This document shows, in pieces, positions 1-13,250 of a stretch of 64,000 bases of DNA. The position numbers and the translations under genes were made by a program. Each line of letters opens with the position of its first letter. The first letter of the stretch is position 1. Location: the NCBI GenBank assembly GCA_964016885.1, contig OZ024740.1:132494001-132558000 (forward strand), given 5' to 3'. The notes below the pieces were generated by a model that was not told the DNA's origin, did not search any database, and saw only the letters and a program-made list of their open reading frames with translations. Source of the stretch: Eledone cirrhosa (taxonomy: Eukaryota).

Positions 1-120
1 TTATTACATTGAGCTATTTATCTTACTGGTAATAAGGTAGAAATAAATCACTGACCTTCCCTGTTTATAGTTTAAACTATACATAACTATAAATAGTATC
101 CTTAATATTATATATATATA

Positions 121-303
121 TAGGAAAAAGTATGACCCCGACGGCAGAGCTCAAGCCGTTTCGACGGCTATTTCTAGACTCAGAAATAACCGTCGAAACG
201 CCTTGAGCTCTGCTGTCGGAATCATACTATTTCCTATTACCATACTTATTGAGTACTCTGGTGCGTTATGGTCCATCTGGTTCCTTACCACAACTCCTTC
301 GTT
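121..303 (+). mobile_element. Short foldback insert in (TA)n, family A; probable PLE 3' end carrying the 3' half of a hammerhead
   Basis: 121-236 is a near-perfect inverted repeat, followed by a tail ending in ccttcgtt(TA)n. The same sequence recurs at 13003, 15181, 25331, 49706 and 60534, and diverged at 54378. Confidence 0.7.
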
Positions 304-361
304 ATATATATATATATATATATAATGAGATGTGATAAAAACCACAAACTCTTCATCTCAA

Positions 362-404
362 TCCTACTTTTGAAAAGCAGAAGAACTGCGAAACCGGTAA
401 AGGA
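362..404 (+). ncRNA. Type I hammerhead ribozyme, U3:A8 core variant
   Basis: tcc(tac)tt-TTGAAAA-gcag aagaa ctgc-GAAA-ccgg-TA-aagga. Stem II is perfect and stem III is palindromic. It lies in a ~160-bp insert between (TA)n tracts. Confidence 0.6.
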
Positions 405-480
405 ACCAAACCAAATAAATATATATTTGAAAAGAAAAGACTCGAGTTGCGTTTTCAATTTCATCTGTGTTCCTTATATA

Positions 481-538
<58 letters not shown>

Positions 539-620
539 TATCAATAATAATGAATTCAAAACTCAGGCAGTCTTTTACAATGAAATAGCTCAAAGAAAGA
601 AGTATTTCTGAGCCGTGTAA

Positions 621-1026
621 TACAAGTTAATATAAATTAATATATTTGATAAACACAAATACCAACATATTCATGTTTGTATTGTAAATGACCAAGTTAG
701 CTAGATTGAAATATACTAATAATAATAATACATTTTGCCTGTCTCGATTTAAGATAATAAATCAATAAAAACAAATCATATTGGCAATGGCCGTAGTGCT
801 TGGACAAATTTAAATTTCATAATCAAACCTGTTCCGTATACAGGTTTAAACGTTATTTGGCCATTGCCAATGTGATTTGTTTTTATTTATTTATTATCTT
901 AAATCGAGACAGGCAAAATGTATTATTATTATTAGTATATTTCAATCTAGCTTACTTGGTCATTCACAATACAAACATGAATATGTTGGTATTTGTGTTT
1001 ATCAAATATATTAATTTATATTAACT

Positions 1027-1030
<4 letters not shown>
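621..1030. repeat. Inverted repeat with ~170-bp arms, ending in (TA)n
   Basis: 621-792 is the reverse complement of 859-1030 with few mismatches. The spacer contains the hairpin aaacctg...caggttt. Confidence 0.85.
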
Positions 1031-1490
<460 letters not shown>

Positions 1491-1499
1491 GTGTATGTG

Positions 1500-1597
<98 letters not shown>

Positions 1598-1628
1598 TTA
1601 TTATGTAATAAACAGCATAAGGCAATTA

Positions 1629-1688
1629 TTCCATTTACCAGTGGTTTCTTAAAAGCAAAAGGTTTTGCTTTCAATCCTCAGAATGAAA
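1629..1688 (-). ncRNA. Type I hammerhead ribozyme (inverted pLTR copy)
   Basis: Reverse complement of 6154-6213. Confidence 0.8.
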
Positions 1689-1828
1689 AAATCCTGGTTT
1701 GTTTATTGAATTTGGCTCTTAAAAACAAAAAAAGGCAAGCTATATGAAAGTCAGGCTGGAGAAGGAAGAAGGAAAGGAAAAATAAAAATAAAATAAGACT
1801 ACCCATACAACCACACATACACGAAAAA

Positions 1829-1862
<34 letters not shown>

Positions 1863-1953
1863 CACACACACACATACACACACACACACACGCGCATGTG
1901 TATGCGCGCACGCACGCACACGTATACAAATATAAATATAAGTCGTTAAAAGA

Positions 1954-3982
1954 ATGAGATGGAAGGCAATGGTTTACGACGGACTATTCAGCGCTGATAC
2001 TAAAGATTGTTTTGACATCAAATCTCGTAAATATCCACCTAGAATTAAAGACATGGCCAGCTTCGAATTAGACCTCGTTAATCTAATTAATGATATCAAG
2101 TTTCGTAAGTACAATAATAACTTTCAAACCAAACTTTCTAACGATATTTCTAATTTTAGAAATTCTACAAACACTTTCGTTCTTTCCGATAAAACTAAAA
2201 ACCTCTTTAAAGTTAATAGTACTTTGTATAACCAACTTTTAACTAATAGTATTACCAATAAATATCAATTAACTAATAATAATACCTACAATACTATCAA
2301 TAAAGAAGCTAAAGAACTAGCTAGTTCTTTACAAATAGATAACCGGATTGAAAGCTTAACTAAGCGTAAAGCATATATTACCCTTAAAGACCATAAATTG
2401 GACTTTACTGATCGACCTAGTTGTAGATTGATTAACCCGGCTAAATCAGAGGTTGGCCTTGTAAGTAAGAATATCTTAAGAAAAATAATCCTCCAAATCA
2501 GAACTAACACTGACCTATCACAGTGGCTAAATACTTCCTCTGTTATTTCTTGGTTCAATAATATACAAGGTAAAAATAAGTGTAGATTTACCCAGTTTGA
2601 TATTGTCGATTTTTACCCTTCTATTACTGTGTCCTTATTAACTAAGGCCTTAGATTTTGCAAGACCCTCCATTAATATTTCTAAATTAGAAGAAGACATT
2701 ATCCTCCATGCTAGAAAAACTTTACTTTTTACTAATGATATTATTTGGGTTAAAAAGTCAAACCCTGAAAGCTCTTTTGATGTCGCAATGGGTTCATATG
2801 ACAGTGCGGATGTGTGTGACTTAGTTGGATTATTCCTTCTCCACACCCTCAAAGAGAAATTTCCGTCCCATAATATCGGTTTATACCGTGATGACGGATT
2901 AGCAGTTTCTCATACGACCAACGGCCATGGCCTTGATAAATTCCGTAAAGATTTAATCAATACTTTTGCTAATCTTAACCTTAAAATTACTATAGATACG
3001 AACCTTACTAATGCTAACTTTCTTGATATTAATATTGATTTACTTACTGCCTCTTTTAAACCCTACCATAAACCTAACGAAAATCTTAGGTATATACACA
3101 AAGAGTCTTGCCATCCCCCTATAGTTTTTAATAATCTTATTCCTAACATTAGCCGTAGGATTTCTACCTTATCTTCGTCTATAGACATTTTTAATAAAGC
3201 CGCCCCTTATTATAATAAAGCCCTTAAGAACAGCGGTTTTACAGAAAATATTTCTTATTTACCTACTCCACCCCCCTAAAACAAACCACAATAACAGGAA
3301 AAGGAAGATTATTTGGTTCACACCCCCCTTCTCTCTAACTGTCAAAACTAATGTAGGAAGGAAATTCCTTGAACTATTAGACAAACATTTTCCTCCTAAT
3401 AATAGATACTATAAGATATTTAATAGGAACGTAGTCAAGATCAGCTACTCTTGTTGCCTATCTATGAAGTCCAAAGTCACCAGCTCAAACCGGACGAGAA
3501 TAAATCCAGGATGCAGTTGCAGGAAGCCGGACCAATGCCCATTGCAGGGTAGATGTAACACTAAATATGTCGTTTATGAGGCTACGATAACACCAGTAAT
3601 CAACAACCAGCCAGCCAAGAGTGAGCGATATGTCGGTATGACCCAGGACAGGTTTAAAACCAGATTTTACTCACATGTCGCTTCTTTTAAGCACTCCGAT
3701 AAACGAACATCAACGGCCCTCGCAAGTAAGGTGTGGGAACTCAAGGATAGTAACATCCCGTACTCTATTGATTGGTCTATATTAGACCATTCGAGGGAGT
3801 ACCAAAGGGGCACAAAGAATTGTTCTTTGTGTACCACAGAAAAGTATAGGATTTTGCTAAACTTGAGAGACACTTCCGCTTGCCTTAATTCAAAGACTGA
3901 GATCTTCAGATGCTGTCCTCATCTGAGACCGCACCTGATCTGTAACTGGATTGACACTCCTATGAGAAATCAACCGTCTTGA
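1954..3982 (+). pseudogene. PLE reverse transcriptase plus GIY-YIG endonuclease, with one frameshift in a poly-C run near 3271-3277
   Basis: RT motifs FDIVDFYPSI, MGSYDSA and LYRDDG. After the shift come RKIIWFTPPF, the linker CSCRKPDQCPLQGRC and VVYEA...YVGMT...FKTRF (GIY-YIG). Confidence 0.92.
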
Positions 3983-4376
3983 ACTCCTCTCCCGCTCTTT
4001 ACTTCTGCTACGGTTTTTATTTTACTGTTTCTACGTTCTGTACTCTTGTATACTTACATTTATTATATATTTTTTTCTCCCTTACCTCCCCTTATATTTT
4101 ACCATCTCCTATGCGCCCCCCCCCCCCCCCCCCACATATATTCTTTTTGCCTTGCCCTCCACATATTTATGTGCATGTGTGTGTATATTTGTGTGTATAT
4201 ATGTATGTATATATATATATATATATGTATGTATATATATATAGATATGTGTGTGTATGTGTGTATATATATATGTTTATACGTATGTGTGTGTGTGCCT
4301 GTGTGTATGTATTTATATATGTATGTATTTGTGTGTGTGTGTATATATGTGTATGTGTGGATAAGCCAGGTTTATC

Positions 4377-4434
4377 TCATCCTGAAGATTGTAGGAACAT
4401 TTTTTTTGCTTTTAAGAAACCCTTGGTAAATGGA
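4377..4434 (+). ncRNA. Partly degenerate hammerhead downstream of the PLE ORF
   Basis: tcatc-CTGAAGA-...-GAAA-cc ctt gg-TA-aatgga. The 3' half matches the 6154 copy. Confidence 0.6.
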
Positions 4435-4603
4435 ATAATTGCCTTATGTTGCTTTAATAGTTTACTACTATATATACGTATATGTAAGGTCCTTATGATT
4501 TATCTAAGATTGAGTTTTACATACACACACGCATATACGTGTGTGTATGCGTATGCATGTGTGTGTGCGTGGTTGTGTATGTGTGTATATGTGTATATGC
4601 ATG

Positions 4604-4648
<45 letters not shown>

Positions 4649-4707
4649 GTGTGTGTGTATATATGTGTGTGTGTACATATGTGCGTGTGTATATATTGAT
4701 AATTTTA

Positions 4708-4760
<53 letters not shown>

Positions 4761-5281
4761 TTGTGTTCTGTTGTGCGTGTTTTTGATATATACGTATTTC
4801 TATGTGTATAATTGTTTAGCTATGTATGTATATGTGTGTGTATGTGTACGTGTATATATATGTGTGTGTGTACGCTTGTATTTATGTATATATATGTGTG
4901 TTTATGTATGCATTTATGTGTGTGTGTGCATATAGTTGTATACACATGTGTGTGTGTGTATAGATTGTACACTTGTGCGTGGTTATGCATGTATGCGTAT
5001 GTATGCGGTTATGTATTTGTATTTGAAAAAATTTTTTTATGTGTGAGAGTGTGTGAATGCGTTGACTATTTCGTGCGTATGTTTATGTGCTTTTGTGTGT
5101 GTTTCTTACCACGCTTGTCTCTCCAGTTTGCTGCCTTATGTAACGGTCTCAATATTTTTATAATATATATATATTTTTTTTTTATTATATTTATTTGCGT
5201 GTGCGAATATGTAGAGGAGTGCATTTATGTATGTGTATGCATGTACGTGTGTGTATATATGTTTGATTGTGTGAATGTATG

Positions 5282-5344
<63 letters not shown>

Positions 5345-5562
5345 GTGTGGGTATGGCTATGTGTACGTATGTGTATGCGTGTACACACGCGCATATATGT
5401 ACATATATATATGTGTATATATATGCGTGTGTATATGTGTGTGTGTGTATGTGTGTGTATATATGCATGTGTGTGTGTGTATGTGTGTGTGTGTATGTGT
5501 GTGTGTGTATATATATATATATGTATGCGTGTGTGTGTGTAGATATGTTTGTGTATGTGTGT

Positions 5563-5606
<44 letters not shown>

Positions 5607-6153
5607 ATGAATGTTTGTATATGTTTGTTCTTAGAGGAACAAAGGCAGACAGATTTCTGTATTCAGATTGGAGCCAATCCTTATCATTAGCTTTCTCTTT
5701 AGCTTACAGGTGTCTGTAAGATCAGTATGGGGTCAGTCATGGTAGATAGATTTGGAGGAAGGGGAGATTCCTTAAAAGCTAATTTCTTAAAGGTTCTAGT
5801 AAATTGACGAAGGTTTAGGGAATTCTGTAGACAATTTCTAAGTATAATCTATACAACTGTAGCCATAAATTCACGAGACACTTTCAACAGAACATACACT
5901 GCGTGTATGCGCGCATGCACGCACACACATGTGTATGGGGGATATATATTTATATTTGTATACGCGTGCGTGCGTGCGCGCATACACATGCGTGTGTGTG
6001 TGGGGGGGGGGCGTTTTTTCGTGTATGCGTGGTTGTATGGGTAGTCTTATTTTATTTTTATTTTTCCTTTCCTTCTTCCTTCTCCAGCCTCACTTTCATA
6101 TAGCTTGCCTTTTTCGTTTTTAAGATCCAAATTCAATAAACAAACCAGGATTT

Positions 6154-6213
6154 TTTCATTCTGAGGATTGAAAGCAAAACCTTTTGCTTTTAAGAAACCA
6201 CTGGTAAATGGAA
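6154..6213 (+). ncRNA. Type I hammerhead ribozyme
   Basis: tttcatt-CTGAGGA-ttgaaagcaaaa cc ttttgcttttaa-GAAA-cc act gg-TA-aatggaa. All three stems pair and the cleavage triplet is GUA. Confidence 0.85.
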
Positions 6214-6312
6214 TAATTGCCTTATGTTGTTTATTACATAATAATAATTAAGCTCTGTTGCTTACATAGAGCACTCTTTTTTCCTGGACTTTTCCGACGG
6301 AATTACTTCATT

Positions 6313-6357
<45 letters not shown>

Positions 6358-8725
6358 GTGTATGTGTGTTTGTGTGCACGCGCGTTTGCGTGTGTGATAA
6401 CGACTGGTAAACTATGAAGACATTTATCAGTGAAGACATTTATCATAATGGCTAACGAGATTGTCTAATTATTTTTCTCTTTTAGGGGTTCGCAATGGGT
6501 GAAGCATCTTCCTTTAGATTAGGCGTTGCTTCAATGTAAAAGTATCTTAAGTTAACTGGAAGTTTTTATGTGGCTTTTATGAGATACAATCTCATGGAAA
6601 TCCATATAAACTTATTGAAGATTAATCAATTAATTAAGCGATTAAAGTGAATCCGGAAAACAATTATATATTCTAAAGTCTGTATATCACTAAAAATATA
6701 TTTAAACATATTTTTAATAAAATACACCAAGATACAATATTGATGAATTTACTCATATTAAACACGAAGAGAACAAAATGCGTTAGGATGCAACATATTT
6801 CTCCAATATCCATGGTGCGTAATTAATCACTTAAACATTCGAAACCTCTGAATATTGAAGGAAATACAAGTATACAAATATTTACATTTAGTCAGGCAAT
6901 ATCTTTTTTGTGTTCTTTATATTTTACCAGCGAGGATTTAAATAGACAAAGATAAACTGTCTTCGGCATTATTTTTATCCTTAATGAAATTATGATTTTA
7001 GATGTATGGTTTCTCTTAATTTAGACACTCGTTAACATTAATGCCTTTGGTTGTATTTCCTCAAAACGGATATCCCACGCAATCATTATTCAAGGTGATT
7101 TTCAATGTGACCTTGTTATTTGGAAACTTTATTTAAATTCTTTGCAACAGAAACATTTTACGTATTGATTGTTTAAATCTTCATATGACTTTGCCGCCTC
7201 GAATTATAAACAAGCAGTGAATTAGAATGCTTGTTTATCTTATAGAATTGAATTTGGTATGTATACCGTTATGTTACGCCGATGTATTTTAGCAATCCAG
7301 AAGTCGAATAATTGTTTACACATCAGTTTGCATAAATATAGTGTGAACTGAATATTTAGAATGATTTTGAATCTGCATGATAAGCCAATACACTTGCCAA
7401 TGATGAAGTGAGAAACATCTGAGTTAAATATACTTCCACTCCATCACTTTGCTTTTTGTTCCTAATTAAGGAATTAATATGCGTTTGTTTTTCCTCTTTA
7501 AGTTATTTGTTTATATTTATTGATATACTCTTCGAAACAATCGTTGCATATAACATTGTGAATGTGTGTTTATTACCAAATTTAATACTTCATTTAACAA
7601 TTATAAAGGCCGAAAACAATTTCCCGTAAAAATAAATATTGGCCATATTCTTAAAAAAAACAAATGAATAATGTTTGAAATGAAACCGTTATAAATTGGA
7701 AAAGGAAGGAAATGTAATCGGTACCATGGTTAATAACTAATACCGTAGAAGAAGTGAATTATAGCACACATTTCATTTTAGAGATATATATAAAACTATT
7801 TTCGATTCTTTTTTTTAAAGAAATGAGTATCAAATCAGTGCATTTCTTTGCACAACTTTCTTTTAAATATGGTGATTTACAACATAAAATTACATGAGGG
7901 ATATTAGATATTTTTCTCTGTGCCATCAGGAATTGAATTTTATTTTGCTTTCTTAAATCCAGTGAAAGTTACAAGTGGCAACAAATAACAGTTCATAGTT
8001 GAGTGAGTAGAGAATAGGAAATCTATTTAACTGTAAAATGACATGTTCCAAAAGTTAATTTCTAAGTATGCAAATATGCAAATTCTGAATGGCCCACCTA
8101 CCCATTGTTGTGTTCAAGTTTGTTCACTGAGCATTTTCGTAATGTATGGAGCTGTCTCTTTAAAATATTTTAACATATTTTATTAGATATTATAATGTTC
8201 AAGATTTTGAACATTATATAGCTGCGTATAAAAGGTTCCTCATTCTAATCAAGAAGTAGCTGTAAGATTTACTCGCTCTGTAGTTTTGTTGTTTGAATGC
8301 GATTCCACTACCAATTTGTCTGCGATAATTTTGCTTTGAATTCAAATAAAAACATGTCTATATTTCATTTAACACCAGAGAATGCGAACACAAATAGTAG
8401 GATTTTAGAAAATGGATATACCTAAGTCGCAGTCATTAGGAACTCAATTTTAACAACCTTTATTATTTGTTATAGAAGAATCGATAACAATGTTATATAG
8501 TAAGAAGGCTTACGTAAGAAATATATGAATCGAAAGAGGGTCATCAGGGAAACGCTAAATTTAATAGTTTCCTTATCTGTTTCGAAATGTAAAAAAAAAA
8601 AAAAGATCTGAGGCTTGAAAATGAAAGGAATTTATACGTGGCATTTCAATATCTCCCATTATTTTTAAATACATTTATTTGTTTAAATATAAATTATAAT
8701 CAATATATTTTCTAATAAAATTAAT

Positions 8726-8827
8726 TGTTTCTACTTTAGGCACAAGACCAGCAAAATACCCAGTGCATTACTGGTACTTTATTTTATCGACCCCGTAAGG
8801 ATGAAAGGCAAAGTCAACCTCGGCGGG
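8726..8827 (-). mobile_element. 5'-truncated tRNA-derived SINE (same family as 48599)
   Basis: Matches the 3' half of the 48599-48781 SINE. Flanked by an aaaattaat duplication. Confidence 0.75.
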
Positions 8828-10589
8828 AAAATTAATAAGTGTCATTAACTCCTAGGTTGGTTACCCATGACATTATGGATTAAACGACAGCAAATAGTAA
8901 CGTCCGGTTGCATGTCAAAACGAAATCATCCAAAGACCTATTTTAACTTTTATGACTTCAGACGCAATAAAACAAATATCAATAATATACCGTTTCGTAC
9001 TTCTTTCATTGCTCTGTTACAAAATATTTATTCTGTATTGATGTAAGAAAATCAATACAAATATTGTTCAATCGTTTAACGAAGTCAATATTTGTACAGA
9101 AAACAGTATTTGTATAAATCAATCAATATTGTTCTATGTTGTGGGTTTTAAGATTGTTTTTCCTTTTGTTATAAGTTTTTAAAATTATTCTTCATGATCG
9201 TTTATTATTTGCTGATTCTGAATTTAAATAAATTGTGTTTAAAAAACAATTGATTGGAAAATATAATATTTAGTTTGCATGAGACAGCCTATATATGATA
9301 TCAGCAGTGTCTATTGATAATATTAATTTCTAAAATAAGCACACATCCACACATATTTTTGGGGAGGGTACTGCTCTCTAAATCAATAACCTAAAAACCT
9401 GCTCCATGGAAATGATGTGTCCCAAAATATAATAATGAATCGCCCTGATAGCCCGACAACTCAATGATATTAGGGAAGATATCTTCGTTTGATTCCACCC
9501 CGTTTTTTAACTCACAAACATATTTCATGCAGCACCATATTCTATCTTTATTCTAGAAAAAATACGAGTTGAATCTCTTTGACATCTATTATAAATAGAT
9601 AAATTCATGATAAATTTATTTAATATTCTAATAAAGCACGCAAGCAAAATTTAAATTAAATGAAATAGAGAAAGATAATAGTCGATATTATTATAATATA
9701 TGCATGGCACAGTGTGGAGACAAAAGAGGGAAGAGGGAAAAAGTGAAGAGAGAAAACGAAAAAAAAGAAAGAAAAGAATCGCTGGAAGAAAAACAAATAA
9801 AAGACAGATGGAAAGAGCAAATGCAATATAAAAGGAAAAAACGAGATAGTGAAAGCGAGACGAGAAAAGAAATAAATGAACGAAAGAGATGTGAGAAGTG
9901 TAATTGTTGTTCTATTCCCAAATTTCCTGCGTGGATTAGAATTTTAATTGAGATAAAAAGTGTGTGGATGGTAAGGAGACTTAGACAATCTCTGAAGAGT
10001 GTTGCTATATGAATTTAATTGAATAAAATTGTAGAATGTACGTATTGAGGGAGCGAACGAAAGAGACTGTAATTGCAACCTGTTTGAAAAAAATGAGGAA
10101 TGAAACGGAACGAAAAACGATTATGCATTTGAACTAAATTTGCAAGAAAAATATCGCTTAATTTTTCATTAAATCAGCATAGAAAATAATTTGAAAATGA
10201 GATACGTGTAGTGAAAACGTGTAAAAGTGCAAATAACATGAAAATGTAAGTAAAGTGGTATGAATGGAAGTGAAATGGAAAGCTTTAAATTACACGGGAA
10301 GCTCGTGTAATGTTACCCCAAAAATACATCGGAGAGGGTATCGTTTCATGGGAGTTATATAAAGATTCTGTTGAATGATTTGTAACAATATTTATCTCCA
10401 AGAGACAATTTTATGTTTAATACGATGTTTCACCCCCAAAATATGAATTTCAAAGAATTTAATCACTTATTTTATTCAACATGTAAACATCATCTAGAGG
10501 GAGAGGGATATCGACTCGCACAACCCTATGTATTCATGCATACATATATACATACATATATGCATCGATAAACCAACATATATATATAC

Positions 10590-10641
<52 letters not shown>

Positions 10642-10646
<5 letters not shown>

Positions 10647-10860
10647 GAAATAATAATAAATTTGAAGACTAAAATCCAAAGAGGGCTCGATAAGTAAAAA
10701 TATGTATCAGATATATAAGAACGGTAGAGCAAATATATATTAAAATAACAGATTAAAGTTTAAGCAAAGAATCGCTGCTTTGACCCTTAACGGGATCTTC
10801 TGAAACTAAAAAAGCCAATCTGTGTACGCAGAAGTAAATATTTCAAAAAACGTTGCAACC
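10642..10860 (-). mobile_element. Family B insert with degenerate HHR at 10757-10807
   Basis: Reverse complement homologue of 1095-1390, adjacent to (TA)n. Confidence 0.7.
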
Positions 10861-10917
10861 AAAGGAAGACAGGAAGACGATACTTTGGTTCGTGGTAACA
10901 TTCCCTGAAAAAGAACA

Positions 10918-11253
10918 GGAAGAAACGAAGATAATACGTCATTATTTTGCTCTCATCCTGACGGGGTCGATAAAATAAAGTACCAGTAATGCACTGGATA
11001 ATTTGCTGGCTTGGTGCATAAAGTAGAAACAATTATTTGGTGCAGTGAAAACAATTACACGCGAAGACAAAACCACGTTTATGGTATAAATGAAGTCGTA
11101 GACTAATATTCTATTAGGTGGTGCATGGAGGCGTTCTCTGGCAATGAACGGAACAAACGAAGATAATACGTCATTATATGACATGAGAACAATTACACGC
11201 AAAGACAAAACCACGTAAATGGCATAACTGAAGTCGTAGACTAAAATTCTATT
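10918..11253 (+). repeat. Two ~140-bp direct repeat units, the first interrupted by a SINE fragment
   Basis: aaacgaagataatacgtcattat and aacaattacacgc...gaagtcgtagacta each occur twice. Confidence 0.7.
10946..11031 (+). mobile_element. SINE 3' fragment
   Basis: tcatcctgacggggtcgataaaataaagtaccag...gtagaaac is homologous to the 8726 and 48599 copies. Confidence 0.75.
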
Positions 11254-11396
11254 TAGGAAACCGAATGATTCTCGGCTACAGAGTTTTTAGTTTCAGAAGT
11301 TCACGTTAAGGGTGAAAGCAGCGATTATTTGTTTAAACTTTAATCTGTTATTTTGTGCTTAGATTGAGCATGTGTTACATCCGGGTGTCTGTGTGT

Positions 11397-11460
<64 letters not shown>

Positions 11461-11663
11461 TCTGAATTTGTTTAGCAAGATTCTTTATCTGAAAACGTGT
11501 GTTGAAACCGATATTGTTATACTTTGGGAGGGTCATGTTTCCAATAAGAAACACACGCACCAGTTACTTTCACTTTAATTTATTATAATTTAAATTTGTA
11601 AATTTAGGAATTTATAAAATTCCAGTTGGTTGGTTACACAACCAGACGATTGTTCATATATTA

Positions 11664-11704
11664 TCAAAGTTCTTTCGTCACGCATTTTGTGACCTCTTCA
11701 GTGA
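11664..11704 (-). ncRNA. Minimal hammerhead-like motif in pLTR
   Basis: Reverse complement reads tca-CTGAAGA-g gtcac aaaatgc gtgac-GAAA-gaac-TT-tga. Confidence 0.55.
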
Positions 11705-11901
11705 CTGGGGATTCTTTTCTTTGTTTTTTGTGCCTCTCCTTTGATCTGTCCTATGCCATCTTGTTTTTGTGTGTGTTGTGTGCTTAGATTGCGCATGTAT
11801 TACATCCGGGTGTCTGTGTGTGTTTATATTTGTTTATTTATTTGTTTATTTACATGTTACTGGTTGGTTGTTTGTTCTATGTGTGTGTTTTCATTTTGTC
11901 C

Positions 11902-12778
11902 TTAATTGTAAGTCGTGATGTTGCTATTCCATTCATGCTTTCTATTTAATTTTGGTTGGAGTTCATTTATGTTTATCGCCTCTGTGATTTTTCTAAACAT
12001 TGCGTCTTTTCTGTGTGTAGATTCTATTGTTATTTCTATGTTCTCTAATTTACCCTTATGTTCTATTTTAGCATGTCGGTAGAGTACAGATGATTCTTTA
12101 CTATCTTGAAGCTCTCGCCAGTGTTCATTTATCCGTTCCCCTATACTACGAGCTGTCTCAGCTATGTACACTATATTCTTATCTCTACATTGTCCTTCAG
12201 TACATCTTATGCTATATACAACATTTCTAGGTTTACAGTTAATGTGGGGGCTTCATTTACAGATTATACATTTCTTATCTTTGAAAAGGGTATGTATGGC
12301 TAATAGTGTTTTTATGGAGGTACCTGGTTTTTCTACTTTCTTAATATTGAGTTCATGTTTATCTAGGGCCCTTCTGAATTTGTAAGCTAATTCACCTCTA
12401 GGGGTTGTATTGATGAACATTACACTTTGGTATTTATTGCTATCATACCTTGAGTTTATTCTATTAACCTTATTCCTAGTTCTTTCTATTCTATTCAAAA
12501 ATGTGCTCCTATACAAGGGGCAGGTCACATTTTGTATCATTATTTACCATTTTTTCGCATTTGGTTCTGGCTCCAGTATATACTCTGATCTTATCGCTCT
12601 GATTGTAACCAGAGAACTGCATTCGGTGGATGAAGTGTTGTATGTGTCTCTCTAGTTCTTTGGGGTTGCACATGTGTGACACGTTTCTCATCACCCGTAC
12701 CAAATCCGCAATCAGTATGTTGATTTTGGTGTGGTCCGAAACAGGTGAGTTTCGGTGGATCTGGTATTTGGAAGTCAT
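11902..12778 (-). pseudogene. PLE RT C-terminal region and GIY-YIG endonuclease, frameshifted
   Basis: ORF pieces 12509-12778, 12253-12540 and 11902-12171 join into a PLE C-terminal protein ending TEAININELQPKLNRKHEW. Confidence 0.85.
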
Positions 12779-13002
12779 GGGTTTGGCTAAATGAAGAGGT
12801 CACAGAATGTATGACGAAAGAACTTTGACAATATATGAACAATCGTCTGGTTGTGGAACCAACCAACCAACCGGAAATTTATAAATTCCTAAATTTATAA
12901 ATTTAATGTATAGTAAATTGTAGTGAAAGCGACTGGTGCGTGTGTTTCTTATTGGCAACATGACCCTCCCAAAGTATAACAATATATATATATATATATA
13001 TA

Positions 13003-13203
13003 TAGGAAAAAGTATGAACCTGACGGCAGAGCTCAAGCCGTTTCTGCTATTTCTGGAATCAAATATTCTGAAATAGCCGTCGAAACGGCTTGAGCTCTGC
13101 CGTCGGGGTCATACTTTTTTCCTATTTCCCACTCTACTACCCTACGTAATGAGTACTCTGGTGCCTTATGTTCCATCTGGTCCCTTACCACAGTTACTTT
13201 GTT
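13003..13203 (+). mobile_element. Family A foldback insert
   Basis: Homologous to 121-303. Inverted repeat at 13003-13125, between (TA)n tracts. Confidence 0.75.
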
Positions 13204-13204
13204 G

Positions 13205-13250
<46 letters not shown>

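Larger units (their letters stand above)
1594..6248 (+). mobile_element. Penelope-like retroelement (Naiad-type), 5'-truncated, with inverted terminal pLTR
   Basis: Contains an RT plus GIY-YIG ORF. 1594-1940 is the reverse complement of 5945-6248. HHRs lie in the terminal repeats and (TA)n flanks the left end. Confidence 0.85.
11512..12984 (-). mobile_element. 5'-truncated Penelope-like element with inverted pLTR
   Basis: Frameshifted RT C-terminus and GIY-YIG (YIAETARSIGERINEH) at 11902-12778. 11512-11700 is inverted relative to 12792-12984. An HHR-like motif lies at 11664-11704. Confidence 0.85.

Noticed and set aside
3464-3982. Selenocysteine recoding, as described for some Naiad PLEs
   Set aside because: The linker and endonuclease cysteines read in the four Naiad-type copies use TGY codons. 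No in-frame TGA was seen at these positions and no convincing SECIS was found.
3979-5690. Long ORFs (318 aa, 292 aa) and the many YIYI/CVCV/THTH ORFs across the window
   Set aside because: These are translations of (TA)n and (TG)n microsatellites, which lack stop codons.
9704-10012. 102-aa Lys/Glu/Arg-rich ORF
   Set aside because: It is an A/G-rich low-complexity tract with no domain evidence.
10918-11253. CRISPR-like repeat-spacer pattern
   Set aside because: This is eukaryotic DNA with only two units, whole units are duplicated, and there are no cas genes.
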